The position numbers were made by a program, and so were the translations under genes. A model generated the notes under the pieces. That model had not been told where the DNA came from, did not search any database, and saw only the letters and a list, made by a program, of their open reading frames with translations. Positions 1 to 8,983 of a DNA stretch of 44,772 nucleotides are shown piece by piece; positions within the stretch are counted from its first letter, which is position 1, and each line of letters begins with the position of its first letter. The DNA lies in sequence record SRR31156797_9613, one strand, 5' to 3'.

Positions 1-48
1 CAATAGCAATACATAGTTCAATTAGTATTTAGTGTGCGATGGAGATCA

Positions 49-74
49 CTCCCCTTTAAAGGGGAGCCGGAGGG
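49..74. repeat. REP-like palindrome CTCCCCTTTAAAGGGGAG followed by CCGGAGGG
   Basis: Perfect 18-bp palindrome at 49-66 in intergenic DNA; no U-tract follows. Confidence 0.5.
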
Positions 75-147
75 TTGCGATGAGGGGTAATTTTTTAACT
101 TCAGGCCGGTGAATTTTCATTATTGGTCTCAAACAATATAACTCAAG

Positions 148-179
148 TTTGATCATTAATAATGAGAGTAATAAATTTG
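148..179 (+). promoter_or_regulatory. Bacteroidota primary-sigma promoter (-33 TTTG / -7 TAAATTTG)
   Basis: TTTG 148-151, 20-nt spacer, TAAATTTG 172-179, 19 nt upstream of ATG 199. Confidence 0.75.
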
Positions 180-198
180 CATCCCGAAACTGACGAAT

Positions 199-1461
199 AT
201 GAAGAAACTGACAATACTTTTCCTTTTGGTGGCTTTTGTTTTACAAAGCCACGCTGCGTATCTCCTTATACAGATGGACAATACCCAGAAAAATCACCTG
301 AAAGCATATGGCATTGCATACTGGGTGCTGGAACGTGATGTGGAGGTGAGCTGGTTGCTGAACTATCGCGGGGGGAGTTTTATGTGCCAGTACCACGACC
401 AGATTGAAAGTGAACTGGTGATACGCGGTGTATCCTACGAAATCATTGCCGATGTGCAGGCTTCGCAGATCATTGCAGAGATCAGCAGTCCGGAGGTAAA
501 TATGGATGAGGTGAAACTGCACAAAGCGCCCAATATTGCTGTTTATTCGCCCAAGAACCGCCAACCCTGGGATGATGCAGTAACCCTTGCTCTTACATAC
601 GCCGAAATCCCCTACGATGTGATTTATGACAACGAAATCATGGAAGGTGGTTTGCCCATGTACGACTGGCTGCACCTGCACCACGAGGATTTTACCGGGC
701 AGTATGGCAAGTTTTGGCGGTCGTTTAAAAATGCCGCATGGTACCAGGAGGATGTGCGTATTAATGAGGAAAATGCACGTATGCTTGGTTTCGACAAAGT
801 TTCGCAACTGAAGCTGGCCGTGGCCAAAAAGATCAGGGATTTTGTTTCGGGTGGTGGATACTTGTTTTCGATGTGCTCGGCGCCTGATAGTTTTGATGTG
901 GCTTTGGCAGCCGAAGGTGTGGACATGGTGGATGTGATGTTTGATGGTGACCCGCCTGATCCCAATGCCCAGCAAAAGCTCAATTACGAAAACTGTTTTG
1001 CTTTTCAGGACTTTCAGATCGTGACAAACCCTTATGAATACGAAATCTCCAGCATTGATGTGACGGCTTCACGGCCAAGGACGATCAATGAAAAGAATGA
1101 CTTTTTTACGTTGTTCGACTTTTCGGCGAAATGGGACCCGGTGCCTACAATGCTTTGCCAAAACCACCTGCAGGTGATCAAAGGGTTTATGGGACAAACA
1201 ACTGCTTTCGATAAAAACCAGGTGAAGCCCAATGTATTGATCATGGGTGAATACAAAACTGCTGATGAAGCCCGCTATATCCATGGCGATTACGGTTTTG
1301 GCACCTTTACTTTCCTCGGTGGGCACGACCCGGAGGATTACCGTCACCTTGTGGGCGATCCACCGACAGACCTGAACCTGTTCCCCAACTCACCGGGATA
1401 CAGGCTGATCCTGAACAATGTACTGTTCCCGGCTGCTAAGAAGAAAAAGCGGAAAACGTGA
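199..1461 (+). CDS. Conserved Bacteroidota exported protein (family commonly labelled 'asparagine synthetase B'); function uncertain
   Basis: 420-aa ORF with signal peptide (MKKLTILFLLVAFVLQSHA) and recognisable motifs QKNHLKAYG, DWLHLHHEDFTGQYGKF, GGHDPEDY. Confidence 0.7.
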   Translation: MKKLTILFLLVAFVLQSHAAYLLIQMDNTQKNHLKAYGIAYWVLERDVEVSWLLNYRGGSFMCQYHDQIESELVIRGVSYEIIADVQASQIIAEISSPEVNMDEVKLHKAPNIAVYSPKNRQPWDDAVTLALTYAEIPYDVIYDNEIMEGGLPMYDWLHLHHEDFTGQYGKFWRSFKNAAWYQEDVRINEENARMLGFDKVSQLKLAVAKKIRDFVSGGGYLFSMCSAPDSFDVALAAEGVDMVDVMFDGDPPDPNAQQKLNYENCFAFQDFQIVTNPYEYEISSIDVTASRPRTINEKNDFFTLFDFSAKWDPVPTMLCQNHLQVIKGFMGQTTAFDKNQVKPNVLIMGEYKTADEARYIHGDYGFGTFTFLGGHDPEDYRHLVGDPPTDLNLFPNSPGYRLILNNVLFPAAKKKKRKT

Positions 1462-1474
1462 TTTTGAGAGGTAC

Positions 1475-1554
1475 TGGGGGAATGGATGGGTGGAGTGATG
1501 GAGTTTTGGAAGAATGGAAGGTTGGAATTTTGGGAGGTTGGGGGATTGGATTTT
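1475..1554 (+). repeat. Degenerate octamer tandem tract (TGGRRNNN)x10
   Basis: TGG recurs exactly every 8 nt at 1475, 1483 ... 1547. Confidence 0.85.
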
Positions 1555-1589
1555 AAGACTGTTTTACAATTAGAAAAATTTGCAATAAA

Positions 1590-1615
1590 TTTTGGCTCAT
1601 CCAAGTTGTAAAAAA
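1590..1615 (+). repeat. 26-nt dispersed repeat, copy 1 (TTTTGGCTCATCCAAGTTGTAAAAAA)
   Basis: Matches the reverse complement of 44737-44762 at 25/26 positions. Confidence 0.75.
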
Positions 1616-1806
1616 TAATACTCCGGAATATTTTTAACCGCTGACCTCCAATCGCCCATTTAGACATTGGAACGTCAAAAAAAACAACCACATTACACTA
1701 ACAACAAGGTATTGTAATTTAACAAGTGATGGTTTGTGTTTAAGGTAGGTAGGTTAGATCTCCTCCCAAGAAAAATCTGACCGAAGTCCAAATTCAGACA
1801 AATAGC

Positions 1807-2196
1807 TCATAAATCAATGCTCTGCGGGCCGCTCACTTTGTAAATATGACATTGATCAGCACCGATCATATAGGTTTCCTGGATTATTTTCTCCCCATCA
1901 ATTTCCCCTACAAAAAGGAACTGTTCCTCTTTGCCTTCCAGGGCAGGCTGGTATGAATCATCAAGAATAGGATACCAGTTTACGAGTGGGTATGTGTCAC
2001 CTTCTGTAAACCGGATGGTATCGCCCGTTTCAACACGAATGGTATAAAAATCATCCGGTTCTGCTCCGGTAATTTTAACACCGATCATTCTGAACTCTTC
2101 GCTGCAAATCACTTCAACCGGGTCATCGCCTGAGGAGGAGCATGCCAGCAATAAAGCCAGAATTGAAATCGTAAGTATGATTCGTAATTTATTCAT
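1807..2196 (-). CDS. Hypothetical lipoprotein
   Basis: 129 aa; basic N-terminus, hydrophobic stretch and lipobox LLA-C followed by SSSGDD. Confidence 0.75.
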   Translation of the reverse strand: MNKLRIILTISILALLLACSSSGDDPVEVICSEEFRMIGVKITGAEPDDFYTIRVETGDTIRFTEGDTYPLVNWYPILDDSYQPALEGKEEQFLFVGEIDGEKIIQETYMIGADQCHIYKVSGPQSIDL

Positions 2197-2360
2197 TGAT
2201 TCATTTTTTTATTACCCCTGCAAATATCGGTTTTTCGGCTGATAACCGGAGGGTTTTTGATTTTCCCATTTTAGCACATCAGAAATCTATCGTTGTGCAT
2301 CTTTTGGAGCTATTTTGCGATTGCTAAAAAACAAAACCACACAATCTGTTCTGATATTTC

Positions 2361-2447
2361 GGTGCGCCTGCCTCGTCCGGCAAGGCGGGCTGCACCTTTA
2401 TATGACATTTGTCCTATTAGCTACCAATATTAACGGTGCTCTGCACC
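2361..2447. repeat. Two REP-like palindromes GGTGC(G/T)CTGCACC, the first interrupted by a 23-nt hairpin insert
   Basis: GGTGCG 2361-2366 + CCTGCCTCGTCCGGCAAGGCGGG 2367-2389 + CTGCACC 2390-2396; intact GGTGCTCTGCACC at 2435-2447. Confidence 0.65.
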
Positions 2448-2695
2448 TGACAAGATTAATTTGATATCATGATGCTTGCGTAATATTTCACTACTACCAA
2501 AATTATTGAGCTGCGAAAAATTTAAAGAATTTAAATTAGTGATGGCGCAATGGAAAATTGAAATTCCAAACCATGATGTTGTTTGACTAAAATCCTCGTT
2601 TAGAAAAGACTTTTTGTGCGATGCTTGCTCATTTCCTGATTATCCGGGATGCACATTTTTTCGTACTTTCGCCGCCAATTTGCATCGAAAATCAA

Positions 2696-3550
2696 ATGAA
2701 GATTTCCATTATCGTACCGGCTTATAACGAGGAAGATGCCATCAGGCATGGCCTTGAAAAATTTATTGAACTGGGCTATCACGAAAAGCACGAGCTGATC
2801 TACATCAACGACGGCTCAACGGATAAAACCGAAGAAATCATTCGGGAGTACCCGGTAAAACTTTATAACCATCATGTGAACAAGGGCTATGGTGCCGCAC
2901 TGAAAACCGGCATCCGTAAATCTTCGGGTGATAAGGTGATCATCCTCGACAGTGATGGCCAGCACGACCCAAAATACATTGAGCAACTCATTGGGATGCT
3001 GGATGACTATGACATGGTGATCGGTGAGCGCGATGATCAGTCGTTCCAGGTGAAACGCAGGCAGGCCGGAAAAAATATGATCCGCCGCGTGGGCGAATAT
3101 CTCGTTGAACAGAAACTTCCGGATTACAATTCCGGTTTCCGCGGTTTTGACCGTGAGCTGATCAGAGAAATGTTGCACCTGATGCCCAATGGTTTTTCAT
3201 TGTCCACCACCTCAACACTAGCCTTCCTGAAAGAGGGTTACACCATCGGTACCTTCCCCATCCACGTGCAGGAAAGGATCGGGCGAAAAAGCAACGTGAA
3301 AATGGTAAAGGACGGCTCGAAAACCATGCTCCTGTTATTCAGGATCATCATGCTGTTCAACCCACTGAAAATATTCTTCCCCTCAAGTTTGATTTTTGGC
3401 TTTCTTGGCCTGGCCTGGGGTGTAGCCGGTTATTTTATAGCGGGCAGGTTCCCCAACAGCGCCATCATTATTTTGGTATTTGGTATGATCATGTTTTTCA
3501 TTGGGTTGCTGGCCGACCAGATTGCCATGCTCAACCGCATCAAACGATAG
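2696..3550 (+). CDS. Glycosyltransferase family 2, DPM/GtrB-like (polyprenyl-phosphate sugar synthase type)
   Basis: ISIIVPAYNEE, INDGSTD, NKGYGAAL, LDSDGQHDP and DYNSGFR motifs plus two C-terminal TM helices; start moved to ATG 2696 (MKISII). Confidence 0.9.
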   Translation: MKISIIVPAYNEEDAIRHGLEKFIELGYHEKHELIYINDGSTDKTEEIIREYPVKLYNHHVNKGYGAALKTGIRKSSGDKVIILDSDGQHDPKYIEQLIGMLDDYDMVIGERDDQSFQVKRRQAGKNMIRRVGEYLVEQKLPDYNSGFRGFDRELIREMLHLMPNGFSLSTTSTLAFLKEGYTIGTFPIHVQERIGRKSNVKMVKDGSKTMLLLFRIIMLFNPLKIFFPSSLIFGFLGLAWGVAGYFIAGRFPNSAIIILVFGMIMFFIGLLADQIAMLNRIKR

Positions 3551-3554
3551 GGAA

Positions 3555-4292
3555 ATGAAACGCTGGGAGAAGAACAATCACCGGCAAAGCTGGTCTGACA
3601 AAGATGTGGAGGCCCACTGGGATGCCGTAGCGGATATCTACATCAAGGAAAACAACAAAGTAAAAGATGCCCACGACCAGCGGTTCCGTGAAACTGTGAA
3701 ACACCTCAAAGCCGCTCCTCGCCTCAAAATTCTGAATGTCACCAGCCGGGATTGCGAAGCTGATGATTACATCAAAATGGAGATGCCGGATGCTGATGTT
3801 GTAAATGCAGAAATTTCTGGCGGCCTGATGGCTGAAGCACAAAAGGTGAGGCCAATGGTGAAGCAGGTAAAGATCAACGCCTACTCGAAACTCCCTTTTG
3901 ACGATAACGCCTTCGACAGGGTGGTTTCACTGGAAACCCTGGAACACGTTGCTGACCCCATTGCCTTTTTAACGGAACTGCATCGCGTTTCAACACGGGA
4001 CACAAGGCTGGTTTTAAGTTGTCCGCCTGCTACCAGCGAACTCCCCTACCGGATTTTTACGATGCTATTTGGCGGCCATGGCGAAGGCCCACATCGATTT
4101 CTATCTTCGAAAGAGGTAAAAGTGATGTTCGAAAAAACCGGATGGAAATTACTGCTGCACAAGGGTACAGTTTTGTTCCCGGTTGGCCCGAAAGGATTCC
4201 AGGACTTTGGGGAAAAGATCATCAGCAAAATGCAAAATACGTTTATTTCAGAACTCGGAATACGCCAGTTTTATGTCTGTGAAAAGTATTGA
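3555..4292 (+). CDS. Class I SAM-dependent methyltransferase-like protein
   Basis: LPFDDNAFDRVVSLETLEHV and ELHRV motifs; start at ATG 3555, 4 nt after the GT2 stop. Motif I is degenerate. Confidence 0.75.
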   Translation: MKRWEKNNHRQSWSDKDVEAHWDAVADIYIKENNKVKDAHDQRFRETVKHLKAAPRLKILNVTSRDCEADDYIKMEMPDADVVNAEISGGLMAEAQKVRPMVKQVKINAYSKLPFDDNAFDRVVSLETLEHVADPIAFLTELHRVSTRDTRLVLSCPPATSELPYRIFTMLFGGHGEGPHRFLSSKEVKVMFEKTGWKLLLHKGTVLFPVGPKGFQDFGEKIISKMQNTFISELGIRQFYVCEKY

Positions 4293-5598
4293 TAAACTCA
4301 GGAAAGTGATGCGCTCAGAGCTCTGCAACCGCTGTGGCTCATGCGTGGGATTGTCGGGAGGCCGGATTGTTTTCGGGAACCGGGAGGGCAGATACTTACC
4401 CAAACAGGTTGGCAAAGTAGATGATCAACTGGCCGACAAGCTATGGAGGGCATGCACCGGAAAGGAGTTTAACTTCCCGGAAGCCAACAAGCACTTTTAT
4501 TCGGACACACCCCATTTTCATGAATATACCGGCTCCTATCACAATATTTATATCGGTTATGCAAAAGATCCGGATGTCAGGCGAAATGCTGCCAGCGGTG
4601 GGATCATCTCCGCGGTTCTGATTTATCTGCTTGAGCAAAAGAAAATTGACGGCGTGGTAACCTTAAGGATGTCGCATGATAAACCATGGCTGAGTGAGCC
4701 TTTTATTGCAACAACCAGGGAAGAGATCATGGAGGCCGCCCAGAGCAAATACACCATCAGTTCGGTGAACGAGATCCTCCCTGAAGCAGAAAAATTTGAA
4801 GGCCACCTCGCATTTGTGGGCATTCCACCGCAGGTACAGTCCATCCGCAAATTACAGCAGATGAACGACCCATCGGTAAAAAACATCAAATACCTGTTTG
4901 GTCCTTTTTATGGGAATACGCTGTATTTTTCATCGGTAAAGAGTTTCCTGAAAACGTATGGTGAAAAGGATTACCGCAAAATTCGGAAACTGTATTTCCG
5001 CTATGGCGAATGGCCCGGCAACATGCGCATCGAAATGGAATCGGGGCGGGTGATCGAGCTCAAAAAATTTCATGCCAACTACCTCATCCCATTTCATGTG
5101 TTGAAAAACAGCCTGTACTGTACCGACTTCACCAACGAATTTACCGACATCAGCGGCGGCGATGCCTGGGCACCGGTGTATGAGGAGCGCGGCAAAGGCT
5201 TCTCGATGATCATCACACGCAGCAAAGCCGGGCAGGAAATCCTGGATGATATGATCAAGGCGGGAATAATTTCTGCAGATCCCATCTCGGAAGACGAAGC
5301 CATAAAAATGCACAGCCACGGATATGATTTTAAAAAGCGTGGCAGTTTTATCCGCATCAAATTCCGCAAGCTCACCGGAAAAAGTATTCCGGATTACGGC
5401 TATAAAATCAGTGGTTTTGGATTGAGCCGTTACCTGATGGAATCGGTGATCAGCACCATGTTTATAATAATGGGAACGGGCCTGGCGCGCTGGACGGTTG
5501 AGCAATTCCCCCCGGGATTTATTGGTAGGCTATTCGAGAAAGCACGCACTTCCTGGAAAAATTCAACCAAAAAAATCAAACGGCAACAACTGGGATAA
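4273..5598 (+). CDS. Coenzyme F420 hydrogenase/dehydrogenase beta-subunit (FrhB)-like Fe-S protein
   Basis: N-terminal CNRCGSC cluster motif, ASGGIISA, AAQSKY, YGEWPG and DISGGDAW; start at ATG 4273 or GTG 4279, overlapping the upstream stop. Confidence 0.85.
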   Translation: MSVKSIDKLRKVMRSELCNRCGSCVGLSGGRIVFGNREGRYLPKQVGKVDDQLADKLWRACTGKEFNFPEANKHFYSDTPHFHEYTGSYHNIYIGYAKDPDVRRNAASGGIISAVLIYLLEQKKIDGVVTLRMSHDKPWLSEPFIATTREEIMEAAQSKYTISSVNEILPEAEKFEGHLAFVGIPPQVQSIRKLQQMNDPSVKNIKYLFGPFYGNTLYFSSVKSFLKTYGEKDYRKIRKLYFRYGEWPGNMRIEMESGRVIELKKFHANYLIPFHVLKNSLYCTDFTNEFTDISGGDAWAPVYEERGKGFSMIITRSKAGQEILDDMIKAGIISADPISEDEAIKMHSHGYDFKKRGSFIRIKFRKLTGKSIPDYGYKISGFGLSRYLMESVISTMFIIMGTGLARWTVEQFPPGFIGRLFEKARTSWKNSTKKIKRQQLG

Positions 5599-6590
5599 TG
5601 CAAAAGAAACACTGGTCAACGGTATTTAAGGTTTTGTCGTCGTTGCTGATCCTGTATCTGCTCTACCTGAACGTCGACTTCAACAGCGAGGAGTTCATCC
5701 GGACCTGGGAACAGATCGATGTCTTTTGGATTATAATGGCATTTCCGGTAGTAGCGGTGGTATTGGGCCTAAAAAGTTTCAGGTGGCGGTCAATCATCAA
5801 TGCTTCAGGCCATCATTATAATGGGATGGCATCGCTCAAGGCTTACCTGGCAGCATTCAGCATCGGCGTGGTGACACCAGGGAGATTGGGCGAACTGCTC
5901 AAAGTTTACAACCTGAAGAAGGATGTCCCGGAAATTGGCAGCATTAAGGCATTCCAAACCGTTGTGCTCGACAGGTTATTCGATATGTTTTTTCTGGGAT
6001 GGTTCGGCATTGCTGGCCTGATATTTTACATAAAGCCCTTTGGTGAAATTGTGTCAGCAACCGCACTGCTTCTTGCCTTTTTAGTGGTAGCAATTTTACT
6101 CTTTGCAGGGAAAGGAATATTGGGGTGGATTTCACGGAAAAAGTTGAAAGGGAACAAAATCTTTGGATTTTTGATGGAATGTGTTGAAGGTATGACTTCA
6201 AAAAGCAGTCTTGTTCCATGGCTGTATTCAGCCATTGCTTATGCCGTGTACTTTTCAGGAATTCAATTTCTGTTTTTTGCTTTAGACATCTCCATCAACT
6301 TCATCGAAACGGGATTTATCATCAGCCTGATCGGGTTGATTTTATTACTGCCTATTTCGGTTGCAGGCTTTGGCACACGCGAAGCCGGACTGATCTATTT
6401 ACTCTCGGTGTATGGCTTCGGCGCCGAAACAGCGTTGAGTTTTTCGCTTTTGCAGTTCCTGGCATTTTTTGTCTGGGGAGGGTTGATCGGGTTGTTTTTC
6501 TGGATGGCTTCACCTGTTTCTCTTCAAATGATCAGAGAAGATACCGGAAAGCTATGGTCCAAAATCAGGGGCAATGGCAGAAAAGATTAG
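5598..6590 (+). CDS. Lysylphosphatidylglycerol-synthase TM domain / flippase-like membrane protein
   Basis: Polytopic; KSFRW, TPGRLGELLK, DRLFD and PISVAGFGTREA motifs; TAATG coupling with the upstream gene. Confidence 0.85.
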   Translation: MQKKHWSTVFKVLSSLLILYLLYLNVDFNSEEFIRTWEQIDVFWIIMAFPVVAVVLGLKSFRWRSIINASGHHYNGMASLKAYLAAFSIGVVTPGRLGELLKVYNLKKDVPEIGSIKAFQTVVLDRLFDMFFLGWFGIAGLIFYIKPFGEIVSATALLLAFLVVAILLFAGKGILGWISRKKLKGNKIFGFLMECVEGMTSKSSLVPWLYSAIAYAVYFSGIQFLFFALDISINFIETGFIISLIGLILLLPISVAGFGTREAGLIYLLSVYGFGAETALSFSLLQFLAFFVWGGLIGLFFWMASPVSLQMIREDTGKLWSKIRGNGRKD

Positions 6591-6681
6591 TTTTGATGCG
6601 CATGCGTTTTAACCGGGGCCGAATCTCTGGAAAAACAGGCAACTATTAATATAGCACACATTCATTCGTTGGCCTTTAACA

Positions 6682-8532
6682 ATGAAAAACCTTACAAAAA
6701 ACCGCAGCATACTTTCCATTTCAGCAGTGATCTTGCTTTCGCTGTTGTTTAGTTACATGCGATTTACGCATCCGCATGGCAACTACCTTTCTTACGATAA
6801 TACGGGCTATTACATGTACCTGCCGGCATTGTTTATTTATGATGACATCCGGATTGACGATTTCTCGTGGGTGGAAGAAATAAATGAGCAGTACAATTTA
6901 ACCCCAACGTATTACCAATTTGATGCCGGAGATAAAGATAACCGTGTGATCCGCTTTTTTATGGGCATGGCCATCATGTATTCACCGGGTTTTGCCATTG
7001 GGCATCAGATAGCACTGCATTCGGATTATCCGGCTGACGGTTTTTCGAAACCATACACAACAGCGTTGATGTATTGGGGCCTGCTGTTACAAATCATCGG
7101 TATCATCTTTACACAAAAGATATTGCGGCGGTTTTTCAATGACAGGATAACTGCTATAACCCTGGTGGTAATGTTCACAGGAACAATCCTCTATTTTTTC
7201 AGCGCACTGGGCAACGATGCACCGCATGTTTACCTTTTTACCGTAACTGCAATTATTGGTTGGCTGGTGATCAAATGGCATGAAAAGCCAAAACTGAAAT
7301 ATGCAATCCTGCTTGGGTTTTTCACCGGATTGCTCGTGATAAGCCGGCCCAGCGAAGTCACCATCTTCTTTTTCATCCTACTCTGGGGCATTTCCGGCAG
7401 GAAGAGTTTAGTTGAAAAAATGAAAATGCTTTGGCAACACCGCACACAACTTGTGTTTTTTGCTTTGGCAGGTTTGATGTTTCTTGTGCTTCAAATGGCT
7501 TACTGGAAGGTAGCTACCGGTAACTACTTTTTCTTCCCTTATACTGATGCCGGCTCGGCACTCGACCTTTCTAATCCCCGTTTTGGCTGGGTGCTTTTCA
7601 GCTTCAGGAAAGGGCTGTTGATTTATTCGCCGCTTATCATCCTCTCACTGGTTGGATTTATCTTTATTTTCCGTAAAAACAGGCCCGTTTTCTGGCCGCT
7701 TTTTATGGTATTCCTCCTGAACCTTTACCTCATCGCCAGTTTCTCCAGCCTGATCAGCTATGGCTATCGTGCGTTCGTACAAGGATTCCCACTACTGGCC
7801 ATTCCCATGGGTTACACTCTGCAACAGCTTTTCTCCGGAAGATTATGGAAGCAGATTATCACATCCTTGATTTTAGTTCTGTTCATCGGACTAACCATGT
7901 TTCAATCCTGGCAGATCATGATGGGAATTATCCATGGCAGCCGAATGACCGGGGAATATTACAAGGCAATCTTCCTGAAGGACCATTTTACGGAAGATGA
8001 CCGGAAATTGCTGCTCATCGAAAGAAGTCCCTCAGGTATTGATGTGCTGAAAAATGAAGACGAATACGATCAAAAACTATTGGAATTTCTGGATTTTGAA
8101 GATCCTGAGCATGATCCGAAAAACAGATTTGACTCTACAAATGCCTTCAGCGGCAAATATTCAGTTTATGTGGATACGAACCAGCTTTATTCCCCGCTGA
8201 TCAGCAAAAAATACCACGAAATAACCGATGACTATTACGCCTGGATCAGGGCTTCGGTAAAGGTTTTCCCGACTTCGGAAGAAAGCGCCAACAACGTTTT
8301 CCTGGCTATTTCATTCCACTACCAGGGGCAGGGGCATAAATGGCGCACAGCCCGATCAGACAGGCTGGAAGAACCACTCAGGGTGAACGAATGGAATACC
8401 ATGACCATCGATTACCTCACACCGGAGATGCGCTCGGAAGATGAAGAATTGCGTGTGTTCCTCTGGAATCCCAATAAGGTGCAGTTTTATATGGACGATT
8501 TTAAGGTGGAAGCGTTTTTGAGAAGGAGATAG
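6682..8532 (+). CDS. Polytopic membrane protein, probable GT-C (PMT/ArnT-like) glycosyltransferase with C-terminal soluble domain
   Basis: About 11-13 TM segments, first-loop YD..GYY.YLPA motif, SRP and FSFRKGLLIYSP motifs, C-terminal beta-rich CBM-like domain. Confidence 0.65.
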   Translation: MKNLTKNRSILSISAVILLSLLFSYMRFTHPHGNYLSYDNTGYYMYLPALFIYDDIRIDDFSWVEEINEQYNLTPTYYQFDAGDKDNRVIRFFMGMAIMYSPGFAIGHQIALHSDYPADGFSKPYTTALMYWGLLLQIIGIIFTQKILRRFFNDRITAITLVVMFTGTILYFFSALGNDAPHVYLFTVTAIIGWLVIKWHEKPKLKYAILLGFFTGLLVISRPSEVTIFFFILLWGISGRKSLVEKMKMLWQHRTQLVFFALAGLMFLVLQMAYWKVATGNYFFFPYTDAGSALDLSNPRFGWVLFSFRKGLLIYSPLIILSLVGFIFIFRKNRPVFWPLFMVFLLNLYLIASFSSLISYGYRAFVQGFPLLAIPMGYTLQQLFSGRLWKQIITSLILVLFIGLTMFQSWQIMMGIIHGSRMTGEYYKAIFLKDHFTEDDRKLLLIERSPSGIDVLKNEDEYDQKLLEFLDFEDPEHDPKNRFDSTNAFSGKYSVYVDTNQLYSPLISKKYHEITDDYYAWIRASVKVFPTSEESANNVFLAISFHYQGQGHKWRTARSDRLEEPLRVNEWNTMTIDYLTPEMRSEDEELRVFLWNPNKVQFYMDDFKVEAFLRRR

Positions 8533-8562
8533 GTAGTAAGAAGTAGGTAGTAGGAAGTTGAA
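8528..8562 (+). repeat. Heptamer tract AGTAGGA-like x5 (5' arm flanking four-helix-bundle gene)
   Basis: GATAGGT AGTAAGA AGTAGGT AGTAGGA AGTTGAA. Confidence 0.8.
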
Positions 8563-8602
8563 AGAAGCAAAGAACACATTCAACAGGATTAAATATGAAG
8601 AG

Positions 8603-8977
8603 TTGTCAGGGATTTTTAAGGATTTAATTGTCTATCAGAAATCATTTATCCTTCTTATGGAAGTTTTTGAAATTACAAAGCATTTTCCTAAGGAAGAGAA
8701 ATATGCCCTGACAGATCAGGTCAGAAGATCATCCAGGTCGATTGGTTCAAATTTAGCTGAGGCCTGGCCTAAAAGATACTACATCAAGTCATTTGTAGCA
8801 AAACTAATTGATGCTCAATCAGAAGGATGTGAAACTATACATTGGTTGGATGTGGCGTTTAAGTCTAATTATATGGAAAAAACAAAGCATCAGGAATTGA
8901 TCGAACTGAGCCTCGAAATCCAGCGCATGCTCAACAGTATGATCAATAATCCCGAAAAGTTTTGCGCTAAATCCTGA
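8603..8977 (+). CDS. Four helix bundle protein (23S rRNA IVP / Avd-like family)
   Basis: FKDLIVYQKS, FPKEEKYALTDQVRRSSRSIGSNLAE and ETIHWLDVA motifs; likely start TTG 8603 (the ORF extends to TTG 8558). Confidence 0.9.
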   Translation: MSGIFKDLIVYQKSFILLMEVFEITKHFPKEEKYALTDQVRRSSRSIGSNLAEAWPKRYYIKSFVAKLIDAQSEGCETIHWLDVAFKSNYMEKTKHQELIELSLEIQRMLNSMINNPEKFCAKS

Positions 8978-8983
8978 CAGACA

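Noticed and set aside
241-975. Long antisense and alternative-frame ORFs (e.g. 241-975, 4930-5505, 30533-31246, 38062-38676, 40933-41679)
   Set aside because: They overlap well-supported genes and show no recognisable motifs; they are shadow ORFs.
1475-1554. CRISPR array
   Set aside because: Units are 7-8 nt with no repeat-spacer structure, and there are no cas genes.
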